DNA of 57,908 bases from an uncultured Eubacteriales bacterium (GTDB lineage Bacteria; Bacillota; Clostridia; Oscillospirales; Acutalibacteraceae). Below the pieces are notes generated by a model. That model searched no databases. It saw nothing but the letters and a program-made list of their open reading frames with translations, and was not told where the DNA came from. Of the stretch, positions 36,064-44,395 are shown in pieces (position 1 is the first letter of the stretch; every line of letters starts with the position of its first letter). The stretch is from NCBI GenBank assembly GCA_949741605.1, contig CATJNB010000057.1, positions 1 through 57,908 of the forward strand. The letters are read 5' to 3'. Position numbers and translations under genes: made by a program.

Positions 36064-38082
36064 ATGATTGAACCACTCTTGCAACCCATTTCCATTGGGC
36101 CATGCCCGATCAAAAACCGCTTTGTCATGACCGCCGCCAGCCTGTGCCGCTGTACCGATGGTCTGGTCAACCACGAAACCATTGATTTTTACAAAGCCCG
36201 CGCCAAAGGTGGTACTGGCCTGTTGATTGCAGGCGCTGCTGGCATTGACCCGCATCGCCGCAGCCGCAGCGGTATGATGCAGATTTGTGAGGACACCTTT
36301 CTTCCCGGCCTGCGCCATTTGACCGAGGCAGTCCATCAGGAAGGCTCAAAAATTTTCCTCCAACTGCTCCATCCCGGTGCCTACGCGTCCCCAAAAGAGT
36401 ATGGAGAATCTGCCCCCTTAGCACCATCGGCTTATGTAAGCGGTCTGACCGGCATCCAAACCACTGAAATGACCATATCCCAAATTCAGGAAATAATTGG
36501 ATATTTCGCACAAGCCGCCGTACGTACCCGTGAGGCAGGCTTTGATGGCGTAGAATTATGTGCCAGTGTGGGCTATCTGATTGCTGAATTTTTGTCATCC
36601 GCAACCAACCACCGCACCGATTCTTATGGAGGTTCCCTGGAAAACCGGATGCGTTTCCTATTAGAAATAGCAGATGCCGTCAAAGAGGCAGCCGGACAGG
36701 ATTTCCCCCTGATGGTACGCCTCTCTGGAGCCGACCTCATCCCAAATGGCAATGCTATGGACGATTTTGTCGGCATCGGCAAAGCGCTTGAGGAGCATGG
36801 TGCCGACGCAATCAGTGTGACCGGCGGATGGCATGAATCCCGAATCCCACAGATCACCGCACAAGTGCCGCAAGGGGCTTACCGCTTTTATGCGCGGGTA
36901 CTAAAACAGCAGATATCCATTCCTGTGGTGGCCTGCAACCGCATGAACCTTTCCATCGGACGGCAGGCACTTTTGCAGGGGGACTGTGATCTGGTTGGTA
37001 TGTGCCGCCCCTTACTGGCTGACCCTGAGCTTGTCAACAAATTTGAGCAAAATCGTACCCGGGAAATTTACCACTGCCTGTCCTGTAACCAAGAATGTCT
37101 GGACCGTGTGTTTGGCGGGATGCCAGTAGGCTGTACAATAAACCCAAAGATCGGCCATGAAACACAGCCATCCCAGTGCCGGGACCATGGAAAAAAGATC
37201 CTCGTGATCGGCGCCGGAATCAGTGGCCTTGTATATGCAGGGGCAGCGGCTGCGGATAACGAAGTTACCGTCTGGGAAAAATCTGGGTATTTCGGCGGTG
37301 CGGGACGTATCCTGTTCCAGCTTCCCAACTGGCACGACGGGAAAGCCTATCTGGATGCGCTCTATCAAACCTGTCTCCGTCAAGGAGTAACATTCCGCTG
37401 GCATCAGGATGCCACCCCTGCCCTGCTCCAAACCCTTCTCGAAACGCATGTTTATGATAAAATCGTAATCGCAACCGGCGCACAATTGGGCACACCGGAC
37501 TTCCCCATGGAGGATGGTGCGAAAGTTTGCTCCATGCAGGAATGGATGGAAAAAGACTGGCCTCTTGCTCCACATACTGTCATTCTTGGAAACGACTTCC
37601 GCGCTTTGGAATTTGCCCTGTTTTGTGCGAAAAAAGCAGGCACCGCGGCTCCCGAATCCGCCTTTTATGCAGAATGGTTCCCTCCATTCCCGCCGCCAAC
37701 AGTCCACCATTGTGTACCATCTGTCACCTGTATAGGGCCTCATCGAAAACCTGGTGCCGGGATGGCAAAAAGTGTATTATGGGCGGTACTCAAAGAAGCC
37801 AGACATTCCAACCTGAACCTGATCTCAGAAGCAACGGTGCATCATATTTCCCCTTCAGAAGTCCTGTTCCAACAGGGTGACAACTTGCAAAGCATCCCTG
37901 CTGATCTCGTAATTTTAGCGCACAACTGGCGACCCTCAAAACTGGCATCGCAACTCCCTTCCCTGCCCGCCGAATTGCAAGACCGTATTACCGTCATTGG
38001 GGATGCCAAAGCCCCCGCCCGGATCACCCAAGCCGTACAAACCGCACTGGCTGCCGCCATGGATCTGCCCAAAACATTCTGA
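36064..38082 (+). CDS. OYE-type FMN + [4Fe-4S] + FAD/NAD(P) oxidoreductase (2,4-dienoyl-CoA reductase / enoate reductase / BaiCD-BaiH family)
   Basis: 672 aa with an N-terminal Oxidored_FMN fold, a Cys motif CLSCNQEC-x11-C, and the Rossmann motif KKILVIGAGISGL. Confidence 0.88.
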   Translation: MIEPLLQPISIGPCPIKNRFVMTAASLCRCTDGLVNHETIDFYKARAKGGTGLLIAGAAGIDPHRRSRSGMMQICEDTFLPGLRHLTEAVHQEGSKIFLQLLHPGAYASPKEYGESAPLAPSAYVSGLTGIQTTEMTISQIQEIIGYFAQAAVRTREAGFDGVELCASVGYLIAEFLSSATNHRTDSYGGSLENRMRFLLEIADAVKEAAGQDFPLMVRLSGADLIPNGNAMDDFVGIGKALEEHGADAISVTGGWHESRIPQITAQVPQGAYRFYARVLKQQISIPVVACNRMNLSIGRQALLQGDCDLVGMCRPLLADPELVNKFEQNRTREIYHCLSCNQECLDRVFGGMPVGCTINPKIGHETQPSQCRDHGKKILVIGAGISGLVYAGAAAADNEVTVWEKSGYFGGAGRILFQLPNWHDGKAYLDALYQTCLRQGVTFRWHQDATPALLQTLLETHVYDKIVIATGAQLGTPDFPMEDGAKVCSMQEWMEKDWPLAPHTVILGNDFRALEFALFCAKKAGTAAPESAFYAEWFPPFPPPTVHHCVPSVTCIGPHRKPGAGMAKSVLWAVLKEARHSNLNLISEATVHHISPSEVLFQQGDNLQSIPADLVILAHNWRPSKLASQLPSLPAELQDRITVIGDAKAPARITQAVQTALAAAMDLPKTF

Positions 38083-38096
38083 AAGGAGACCTCCTC

Positions 38097-38987
38097 ATGA
38101 ATTTAGCCCAGCTCCATTATTTCCGCAAGCTTGCCCAGCTCGAACATTATACCCAAGCTGCTCAGGAATTGTTTATCAGCCAACCCAGCTTGAGTGCGTC
38201 CATTTCTGCCATGGAAGACGAACTGCATATTAAACTGTTCCAGAAAAAGGGCAGGAATGTCCGCCTGACGAAAGATGGCAAAGAATTTTATGCGTATGTG
38301 TGCCGGGCGCTCGACACCTTGCAGGACGGCATTGATACCGCATGGGAACGCGGCGGCCTGCTCAGTGGCCAGATGGATCTCGCCTGTTCGCCATCGCTTC
38401 TTCTGGACTTTGTTCCCGAACTCATCGCCAATTATCAGGCACAGTCCCACACAAAAATGCGGTTTCAATTTCATAGTATCCGGTCGGCTCAGGAAATGGC
38501 GTGTGGGATCACTGAGAACCTTTACGACGCCGCTTTCTCGACAGACCCAGCTCCCGCCCCCATGCTCTCGATCCCCTTATGCACCCAGAAATTATCGGTA
38601 TTTGTACATCCGAACCATCCCCTAAACCGGAAACAAAACCTATGCCTTTCCGATCTTTCATCCTATCCCATCCTGACGTGCAAGGCAAATACCCCCACTG
38701 GCCACATCATCCACAATATGCTGGGACAGTCTGGGTTGTCTGCTTCCCAGACCTTTGACGATGAAATGACCATTTACGGCTATTTATCCCACAATCAGGA
38801 ACTGATTGCCATTGCCCCGGAAAGCCCTGTTCTCACGCATACCCTAACTGCCCTGCCTGTGTGTGGGATGCCAGAAAACCTGCTTCCAATTTATCTCATT
38901 TACAGCAAGGAAAACCACATTTCCAAAGCAGCCCGGCAATTTTTAACCTTTGTGCAGGAAGGGTTCCCTACCTCTAAAATTGCATAA
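38097..38987 (+). CDS. LysR-family transcriptional regulator (LysR1)
   Basis: HTH N-terminus MNLAQLHYFRKLAQLEHYTQAAQELFISQPSLSASISAMEDEL. It starts 14 nt after the flavoenzyme stop. Confidence 0.92.
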   Translation: MNLAQLHYFRKLAQLEHYTQAAQELFISQPSLSASISAMEDELHIKLFQKKGRNVRLTKDGKEFYAYVCRALDTLQDGIDTAWERGGLLSGQMDLACSPSLLLDFVPELIANYQAQSHTKMRFQFHSIRSAQEMACGITENLYDAAFSTDPAPAPMLSIPLCTQKLSVFVHPNHPLNRKQNLCLSDLSSYPILTCKANTPTGHIIHNMLGQSGLSASQTFDDEMTIYGYLSHNQELIAIAPESPVLTHTLTALPVCGMPENLLPIYLIYSKENHISKAARQFLTFVQEGFPTSKIA

Positions 38988-39004
38988 TCTGCCTGCCAAT
39001 TCCA

Positions 39005-39066
39005 ATACAAAAAGGTAAGGTTTTCTTCCGTATGGAATCACAGAAGAAAACCTTACCTTTTTGTAT
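39005..39066. terminator. Long perfect inverted repeat (24-bp arms); probable bidirectional terminator
   Basis: atacaaaaaggtaaggttttcttc (39005-39028) pairs with gaagaaaaccttacctttttgtat (39043-39066), with a 14-nt loop. Confidence 0.7.
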
Positions 39067-39079
39067 GTCCCAAACTGTT

Positions 39080-40309
39080 TTATGGGATGTATTTTTTCAA
39101 AATGATACTCGAATTTTGTCCGCCAAACCCAAACGCATTACTCATACAAATCGAAGTTTCCTGTCGGCGGGCCTGTTTGGCAATATAGTCCAAATCACAG
39201 GCTGGGTCAGGGATGTCCAGATTGAGCGTCGGCGGGAGGATGCCATGCTGCATGGCTAAAATACAAATCATAGCTTCGGTCACGCCGCCTGCTCCCATCA
39301 TATGACCGGTTGCCCCTTTGGTGGAACTCACCAGCGGCGGATGTTCCCCGAATACCTGCCGGATCGCAGCAGTTTCTGCAATGTCCCCAGCTTTGGTGCC
39401 GGTGCCGTGTGCATTGATATAATCCACTTGATCCGCTGTAATCCCTGCACGCTCCAACGCTTTTTCCATACACACCGCTGCGATCCTGCCATCTGCGCGA
39501 GGTTCCGTGACATGGTAAGCATCCGAATTATTGGCCCATCCCAACAGCTCCGCCAAAATCTGTGCCCCGCGCCGACGGGCATGTTCCTCGGTTTCCAGCA
39601 CGAGCGCACCCCCGCCTTCCCCGATTACAAACCCGTCCCGCCCCGCATCAAACGGGCGGCTGGCCTTCTGCGGCTCATCGTTGCGGTGTGAGAGGGCGCG
39701 GGTATTGGTCAGGCTGTGTACCACCAGTGGGCATAAAATGGATTCCGACCCCACTGTCACGACCGCATCGGCCTCGCCTGCCAACAGCAACATCGCAGCA
39801 GTCGCAAGAGCGTCGCCCCCAGACGAACATGCCGTGGATACTGTCAGGCTCGGCCCTTGGATGCCCTTGGCAATGGCGATTTTTGCCGCCGCCACGTTCC
39901 CCAGCACCTTTGGGATAAACCGTGCCCCCACACGTTTTTTCGTCAGGCAAGTAAGCTGTTCCTGCGTGGCGGCAATGGTGGAAATTCCGCTCATTGATGT
40001 CCCCATCACAATGCCGGTACGTCCGCTCTCTGCCGGAAGCGCACCATCGCCTAAGGCTTCCAGTGCGGCTATGTAAGCATATTGCATAAAAGGGTCTGAT
40101 TCACGGATCAGGTTTTTGGGTAAATATTTCGCCGGATCATACATGGTAACCTCTGCTGCAATGCGTACCTCCATATCGGATGCATCAAAACGTGTGATTG
40201 GCGCTACCCCGCATTTGCCAGCAATCAGATTGTCCCAGAACTCCCGCACCCCAATCCCAATTGGCGTGACCGCCCCCATACTTGTGATAACTAACCGTGT
40301 TTGTTTCAT
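39080..40309 (-). CDS. Beta-ketoacyl synthase, FabF-like paralog (KS1)
   Basis: 409 aa with Cys-His-His motifs VSTACSSG, AYHVTEP and INAHGTGT, and C-terminal NAFGFGGQNSSI. Confidence 0.9.
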   Translation of the reverse strand: MKQTRLVITSMGAVTPIGIGVREFWDNLIAGKCGVAPITRFDASDMEVRIAAEVTMYDPAKYLPKNLIRESDPFMQYAYIAALEALGDGALPAESGRTGIVMGTSMSGISTIAATQEQLTCLTKKRVGARFIPKVLGNVAAAKIAIAKGIQGPSLTVSTACSSGGDALATAAMLLLAGEADAVVTVGSESILCPLVVHSLTNTRALSHRNDEPQKASRPFDAGRDGFVIGEGGGALVLETEEHARRRGAQILAELLGWANNSDAYHVTEPRADGRIAAVCMEKALERAGITADQVDYINAHGTGTKAGDIAETAAIRQVFGEHPPLVSSTKGATGHMMGAGGVTEAMICILAMQHGILPPTLNLDIPDPACDLDYIAKQARRQETSICMSNAFGFGGQNSSIILKKYIP

Positions 40310-40371
40310 GAACCGTTCCTCCCGTTGCCCGGCGGCGTGTGGCCAGTCCGGTAAGAATCCGTCGGATTGTC

Positions 40372-40400
40372 TTTACAAATCCATGCGAGTATTATATACT
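40372..40400 (+). promoter_or_regulatory. Candidate lysR2 promoter TTTACA-17-TATACT
   Basis: 17-nt spacer. It overlaps the opposite-strand KS1 promoter. Confidence 0.4.
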
Positions 40401-40406
40401 TATTTC

Positions 40407-40435
40407 ATTATACGGGTCGCGGCGCGTGTTGTCAA
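40407..40435 (-). promoter_or_regulatory. Perfect consensus promoter TTGACA-17-TATAAT for KS1
   Basis: Read on the minus strand, both hexamers are perfect. It lies ~90 nt upstream of the KS1 start. Confidence 0.7.
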
Positions 40436-40463
40436 ATGGCGCGGCCAGCAAGGAGGGCTCCTT

Positions 40464-41363
40464 TTGGACCTGAATCAGGTAAATAATTTTCTATCCGTTG
40501 CCCAAACCCTCAGCTTTTCCGGCGCGGCCCGGCGCAATGGGGTGCCGCAGTCAACGGTGAGCCGCCATATCAGCGATCTGGAATCCGAATTAGGGGTAAA
40601 GTTATTTTACCGTACCAAACGCGACGTAAAGCTCACTGGGGAAGGGCGCGCCTTTCTGCCCTATGCCAAGGAAATATTAGAAACGGCCCGCAAAGCCAAC
40701 CATGTTGTCAAACAGCTGCATGAGGGCGGCCAAGGACGCCTGTCCATTGCCACTGTGGTAACCTCCAGCCATGCTCTGTGCAGCTGCCTGCGGGAATTTG
40801 GCAAGCGGTACCCGGAAATCCTTGTGGATATCACTTATGTATCCGCGGTCGAACCAGAGTGGGAAGAACGCGAGGACCGGTATGATTTCCATTTCCTGAA
40901 CCTCGACCTGCTTCCCGAAGGGGATGATTTTGATTATCTTGTCACGCACACCGACCATCTTGGGGTTGTCACTCAAAAAGGGCATCCGCTCACCCACAGC
41001 CCATTGGATTTCTCTGCGCTCAAAGCCGAAAAATTCATTGTTCTTTCGGAGGAGGAAAGCCCTCTGTTGTATATGCAAATTCTCGATGTCTGCCGGGCGC
41101 ACCACTTTACCCCGCAAATTCTCAACCGCTTCGATACAGTGAAATCCATTTTACTGTCCGTCGGTGCTGGGCTTGGGGTCAGTATGCTGCCACTGGCAAT
41201 CCCAGAAACCATTTTCCCGTCTTTAGTGGATGTGATCCCGATTGACGATATGGATACCAGTATCACCTATGTAGCAGCGTGGAAAAAAGAAATGCTCAAT
41301 CCCGCCGCTGTCCTGTTTCTCGATGTGATGCGTGAAACCCTCCCCCCGCAAGGGCAACGTTAA
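40464..41363 (+). CDS. LysR-family transcriptional regulator (LysR2)
   Basis: TTG start 6 nt after AAGGAGGG. HTH LNQVNNFLSVAQTLSFSGAARRNGVPQSTVSRHISDLESEL. The 116 upstream codons of the ORF track are antisense to KS1. Confidence 0.88.
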   Translation: MDLNQVNNFLSVAQTLSFSGAARRNGVPQSTVSRHISDLESELGVKLFYRTKRDVKLTGEGRAFLPYAKEILETARKANHVVKQLHEGGQGRLSIATVVTSSHALCSCLREFGKRYPEILVDITYVSAVEPEWEEREDRYDFHFLNLDLLPEGDDFDYLVTHTDHLGVVTQKGHPLTHSPLDFSALKAEKFIVLSEEESPLLYMQILDVCRAHHFTPQILNRFDTVKSILLSVGAGLGVSMLPLAIPETIFPSLVDVIPIDDMDTSITYVAAWKKEMLNPAAVLFLDVMRETLPPQGQR

Positions 41364-42610
41364 ACCGCCGGAACATACCGCCCAAAAATCAAACTCGCGT
41401 TTTGCCCGCCAAATCCAAACGTATTATTCATGGCAATGTCCACTGCCGATTTCCTCGCTTGGTTCGGGACAAAATCCAAATGCTGACAGGCAGGGTCAGG
41501 CTCTTGATGATGGATCGTTGGTGGAAGGATGCCGTCCCGGATGGCCAGCAGGCAGGCAATGCTTTCCACAATGCCTCCTGCCCCCATCATGTGGCCAGTT
41601 GCCCCCTTGAGCGAACTGATCGGGACCTTTGCCGCATGATCTCCAAAAAGGGCTTGGAACGCTTGACATTCCATTTCGTCCCCTTTGACTGTCCCAGTGC
41701 CATGCGCGTTGACATAATCAATGTCATGAACCGTCAGCCCTGCATTCTCCAGCGCTAATTGCATACAGGCTCTCCCGCCTTCCGCACTCGGTGTCGTGAT
41801 GTGGAAGGCGTCATTATTATTGGCACTCCCCAATAATTCCCCGTAAATATGTGCGCCCCGCGCTTTGGCATGTTCCTCGGTTTCCAGCAGTACCGCACCG
41901 CCCCCTTCACCAATCGCAAAGCCATTGCGTTTTTGGTCAAACGGACGTGCCGCACAAAGAGGGTTTTCCGGGTCATGTGCAAGAATATGAGACGATGCCA
42001 GCGACGAAATCACAATCGGGCATTCAATCGCATCGCTTCCCATGGCTAACATCGCATCAGCCGCTCCGCCACGCAGCATGGCCGCCGCCAGAGTAATGGC
42101 ATCGTCCCCGGACGCACAGGCGGTATTCAGGGTAAAACTTGGCCCCCCCAGCCCGTGTGCAATCGCGACTTGGCACGCCGCCATATTCCCCAGCACTTTC
42201 GGGACAAACCCCGGGCTGACCTTTTTGTGTCCCTGACAGAATTCCTGTTCCGTTTCGGCAATATCAGCCACACCGCCCATAGCAGTCCCCATGACAACGC
42301 CAATCCGGCTGCCACCGCCCTGATAACCACTGTCTTGCAGTGCTTGTGCCGCCGCTACATAAACATACTGGGTAAATAAGGGCATCCGGGACGCGAGCTT
42401 GCGTGGGATATAGGATTCAGCATCAAAATTCTGGATTTCTGCCGCTATCTTGATGGGAAGTTCGGATACATCAAACCGTGTGATTTCAGAAAGCCCGCTT
42501 TTCCCTTGCAGCAGGTTCTCCCAAAACGCCGACACCCCAATCCCAATCGGGGTCACTGCCCCCATCCCTGTCACGACAATCCTGGTTCCCGGCTTATGCC
42601 TGTGCGTCAT
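41360..42610 (-). CDS. Beta-ketoacyl synthase, FabF-like paralog (KS2)
   Basis: Start at the ATG at 42610 after GGAGGG. Cys-His-His motifs LNTACASG, AFHITTP and VNAHGTGT. It overlaps the ACAD2 stop by 17 nt. Confidence 0.9.
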   Translation of the reverse strand: MTHRHKPGTRIVVTGMGAVTPIGIGVSAFWENLLQGKSGLSEITRFDVSELPIKIAAEIQNFDAESYIPRKLASRMPLFTQYVYVAAAQALQDSGYQGGGSRIGVVMGTAMGGVADIAETEQEFCQGHKKVSPGFVPKVLGNMAACQVAIAHGLGGPSFTLNTACASGDDAITLAAAMLRGGAADAMLAMGSDAIECPIVISSLASSHILAHDPENPLCAARPFDQKRNGFAIGEGGGAVLLETEEHAKARGAHIYGELLGSANNNDAFHITTPSAEGGRACMQLALENAGLTVHDIDYVNAHGTGTVKGDEMECQAFQALFGDHAAKVPISSLKGATGHMMGAGGIVESIACLLAIRDGILPPTIHHQEPDPACQHLDFVPNQARKSAVDIAMNNTFGFGGQNASLIFGRYVPAV

Positions 42611-43790
42611 AACCGCCCTCCAAATATTCCAATGCCCCATTGGTCTGGAGCAAACCACGGGCAGCAGTCAGCTTGAGTACCGTTGGAGGGCCTTCCTCCA
42701 GCCAAGTAACACGGCAATCCCGATACAGGCGTTCCACTGGGCCGAGTGCACAATCTTCAAAGTAGCCAATACCTCCAAAAATTAACAGCATATAGTCGGA
42801 TACTTTTTGGGCGGTCAGGATACTGAAATATTTTGCCATAGCCGCTTTGGTTTCATGTTCTTTGCCGGCATCGTAATCGCGTGCAAAATCGTAGAGCATC
42901 GTCCGCAGGGCATGGATGTAAGTCCCCATTTCCGCAAGGTAGCTCTGGATCATCTGACGCTGTGCGAGAGGTTTGCCAAACGTTACACGCTCCTTGGCAC
43001 GCGCCACAGAAAGTTCGAGCATGCGCTGGGAAATGCCGAGATTGCTCACCCCAACGTGTGCCCGCGACACAGCCAGCGAATGTACCGCAATCTCCAGCCC
43101 CTGCCCTTCTTTCCCAATCCGGCAGCTTTCCGGGACACGCAGGTTGGTAAACCGCAGCTTCCCATATCCCGCTCCCCGGCATCCCATCGGGCGAGGCATC
43201 GGCAATACTTCCAACCCCGGTGTATCCATCGGGATCAGGAACGCCGATAAACGGTCATCTTTTTTGCTCTCCGGGTTGGTTACAGCAAACACATACGCAT
43301 AATTGGCATATAGGGCATACGAAATTAATGTTTTTTCTCCCTGGATGATATAGCCGTCCCCATCCCGTACTGCGGTGGTGTGCAGGTCAGCGCCTGTACC
43401 ACCGGTTTCCTCGGTGAGGCCAAAACAGGTAAAGACAGTGGCGTCCAGCATTTTAGGCAGATATTCCCGCTTTTGCTCCTCCGAACCAAAATCATACAAA
43501 ATCCGCCAGTTCATACCCATGGCATAATGCAGATACATGCGCATCCCGCCCGGCCCACGGCTGTACTCCTCTTGTACCTGCACCAGTTCCAGATCGTTCA
43601 TCCCGTACCCGCCATATTCCTGCGGCAGCGCACAACGGTAAATCCCGCTTTCCTGCACGAGTTCAAAAAAACGCTCCGGGAAACGGTCAGTTTGTTCGAC
43701 TTCCGGCTCAAGCTGCTCAAACTCCCCTTGCGCTAACGTCCGAATTTTTTTCAGGTACGTCTGGAATTCTTCCTTTTTAAAAATACTCAT
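42594..43790 (-). CDS. Acyl-CoA dehydrogenase family protein (ACAD2), paralog of ACAD1
   Basis: 398 aa. 61 of the first 100 residues are identical to ACAD1 by eye. The C-terminal WLEEGPPTV motif is shared. Confidence 0.88.
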   Translation of the reverse strand: MSIFKKEEFQTYLKKIRTLAQGEFEQLEPEVEQTDRFPERFFELVQESGIYRCALPQEYGGYGMNDLELVQVQEEYSRGPGGMRMYLHYAMGMNWRILYDFGSEEQKREYLPKMLDATVFTCFGLTEETGGTGADLHTTAVRDGDGYIIQGEKTLISYALYANYAYVFAVTNPESKKDDRLSAFLIPMDTPGLEVLPMPRPMGCRGAGYGKLRFTNLRVPESCRIGKEGQGLEIAVHSLAVSRAHVGVSNLGISQRMLELSVARAKERVTFGKPLAQRQMIQSYLAEMGTYIHALRTMLYDFARDYDAGKEHETKAAMAKYFSILTAQKVSDYMLLIFGGIGYFEDCALGPVERLYRDCRVTWLEEGPPTVLKLTAARGLLQTNGALEYLEGGYDAQA

Positions 43791-43848
43791 ATTTTGAAAT
43801 GTTCTCCTTTTGGTTGCTTTTTCTATCCTTCTATTGTATTTTATTTTT

Positions 43849-43886
43849 CCATTTTTGTATAATACAATATCAAAATGTGTTTAATC
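43849..43886 (-). promoter_or_regulatory. Conserved 38-nt element B with TTGTATAATACAA palindrome
   Basis: 36/38 identical to 34703-34740. The palindrome is at 43855-43867, 58 nt upstream of the ACAD2 start. Confidence 0.6.
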
Positions 43887-44029
43887 GAGATTCATAGGCA
43901 AAAGATATCAATTCATGGAGTTTCCCACACGAAATTTGTCTTTTCGGCTTGCTTTTCATGCGGTGTTATGTTACACTGAAGGGGTTAATTCTCCGCGCTA
44001 TCTTTATAGTATGAAAGGATTGATTGGAT

Positions 44030-44305
44030 ATGGCAGTCAAAGAAGTAAAAATGTCCGACGCGATCGCCGAAACCGCCGCTGCTTTTAACGAAAATAACAA
44101 CTGGGCGCGCGTCTATCTCAACGAGGATAACGGCTTTATCTGGTGGGAAGATGAATTTACCTGCCCCAAAGCCAACCACATTACTTATAATAATAACCCA
44201 AATATTGTCGTGCTGTTTGAAAAAGGCAACCCGGACAAGCCCGGCGATCCCGGCAGCATCTCTGCTGACGACATCGTGCGTGCTGCCAACAGCCAGCTTG
44301 CCTGA
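44030..44305 (+). CDS. Hypothetical small protein (91 aa)
   Basis: ATG 10 nt after AAAGGA, and it has its own terminator. I recognise no family (MAVKEVKMSDAIAETAAAFNENNNWARVYLNEDNGFIWWEDEF..). Confidence 0.5.
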   Translation: MAVKEVKMSDAIAETAAAFNENNNWARVYLNEDNGFIWWEDEFTCPKANHITYNNNPNIVVLFEKGNPDKPGDPGSISADDIVRAANSQLA

Positions 44306-44320
44306 TTCAGAACCGTTTTG

Positions 44321-44347
44321 CAAGGGGAGATTACCCCTTGTTTTTTT
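44321..44347 (+). terminator. Rho-independent terminator
   Basis: caagggg-agatta-ccccttg followed by T7. Confidence 0.8.
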
Positions 44348-44395
44348 ATGCAAAAATCCGTATAATAAAAGCATCGCAAGAAAGGGGATGTCTGC

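Noticed and set aside
37012-37743. 243-aa minus-strand ORF
   Set aside because: It is antisense to the OYE/FAD flavoenzyme gene.
40116-40463. N-terminal 116-codon extension of the LysR2 ORF
   Set aside because: It is antisense to the KS1 5' end and runs across two promoters. A TTG with AAGGAGGG at 40464 gives a normal LysR N-terminus.
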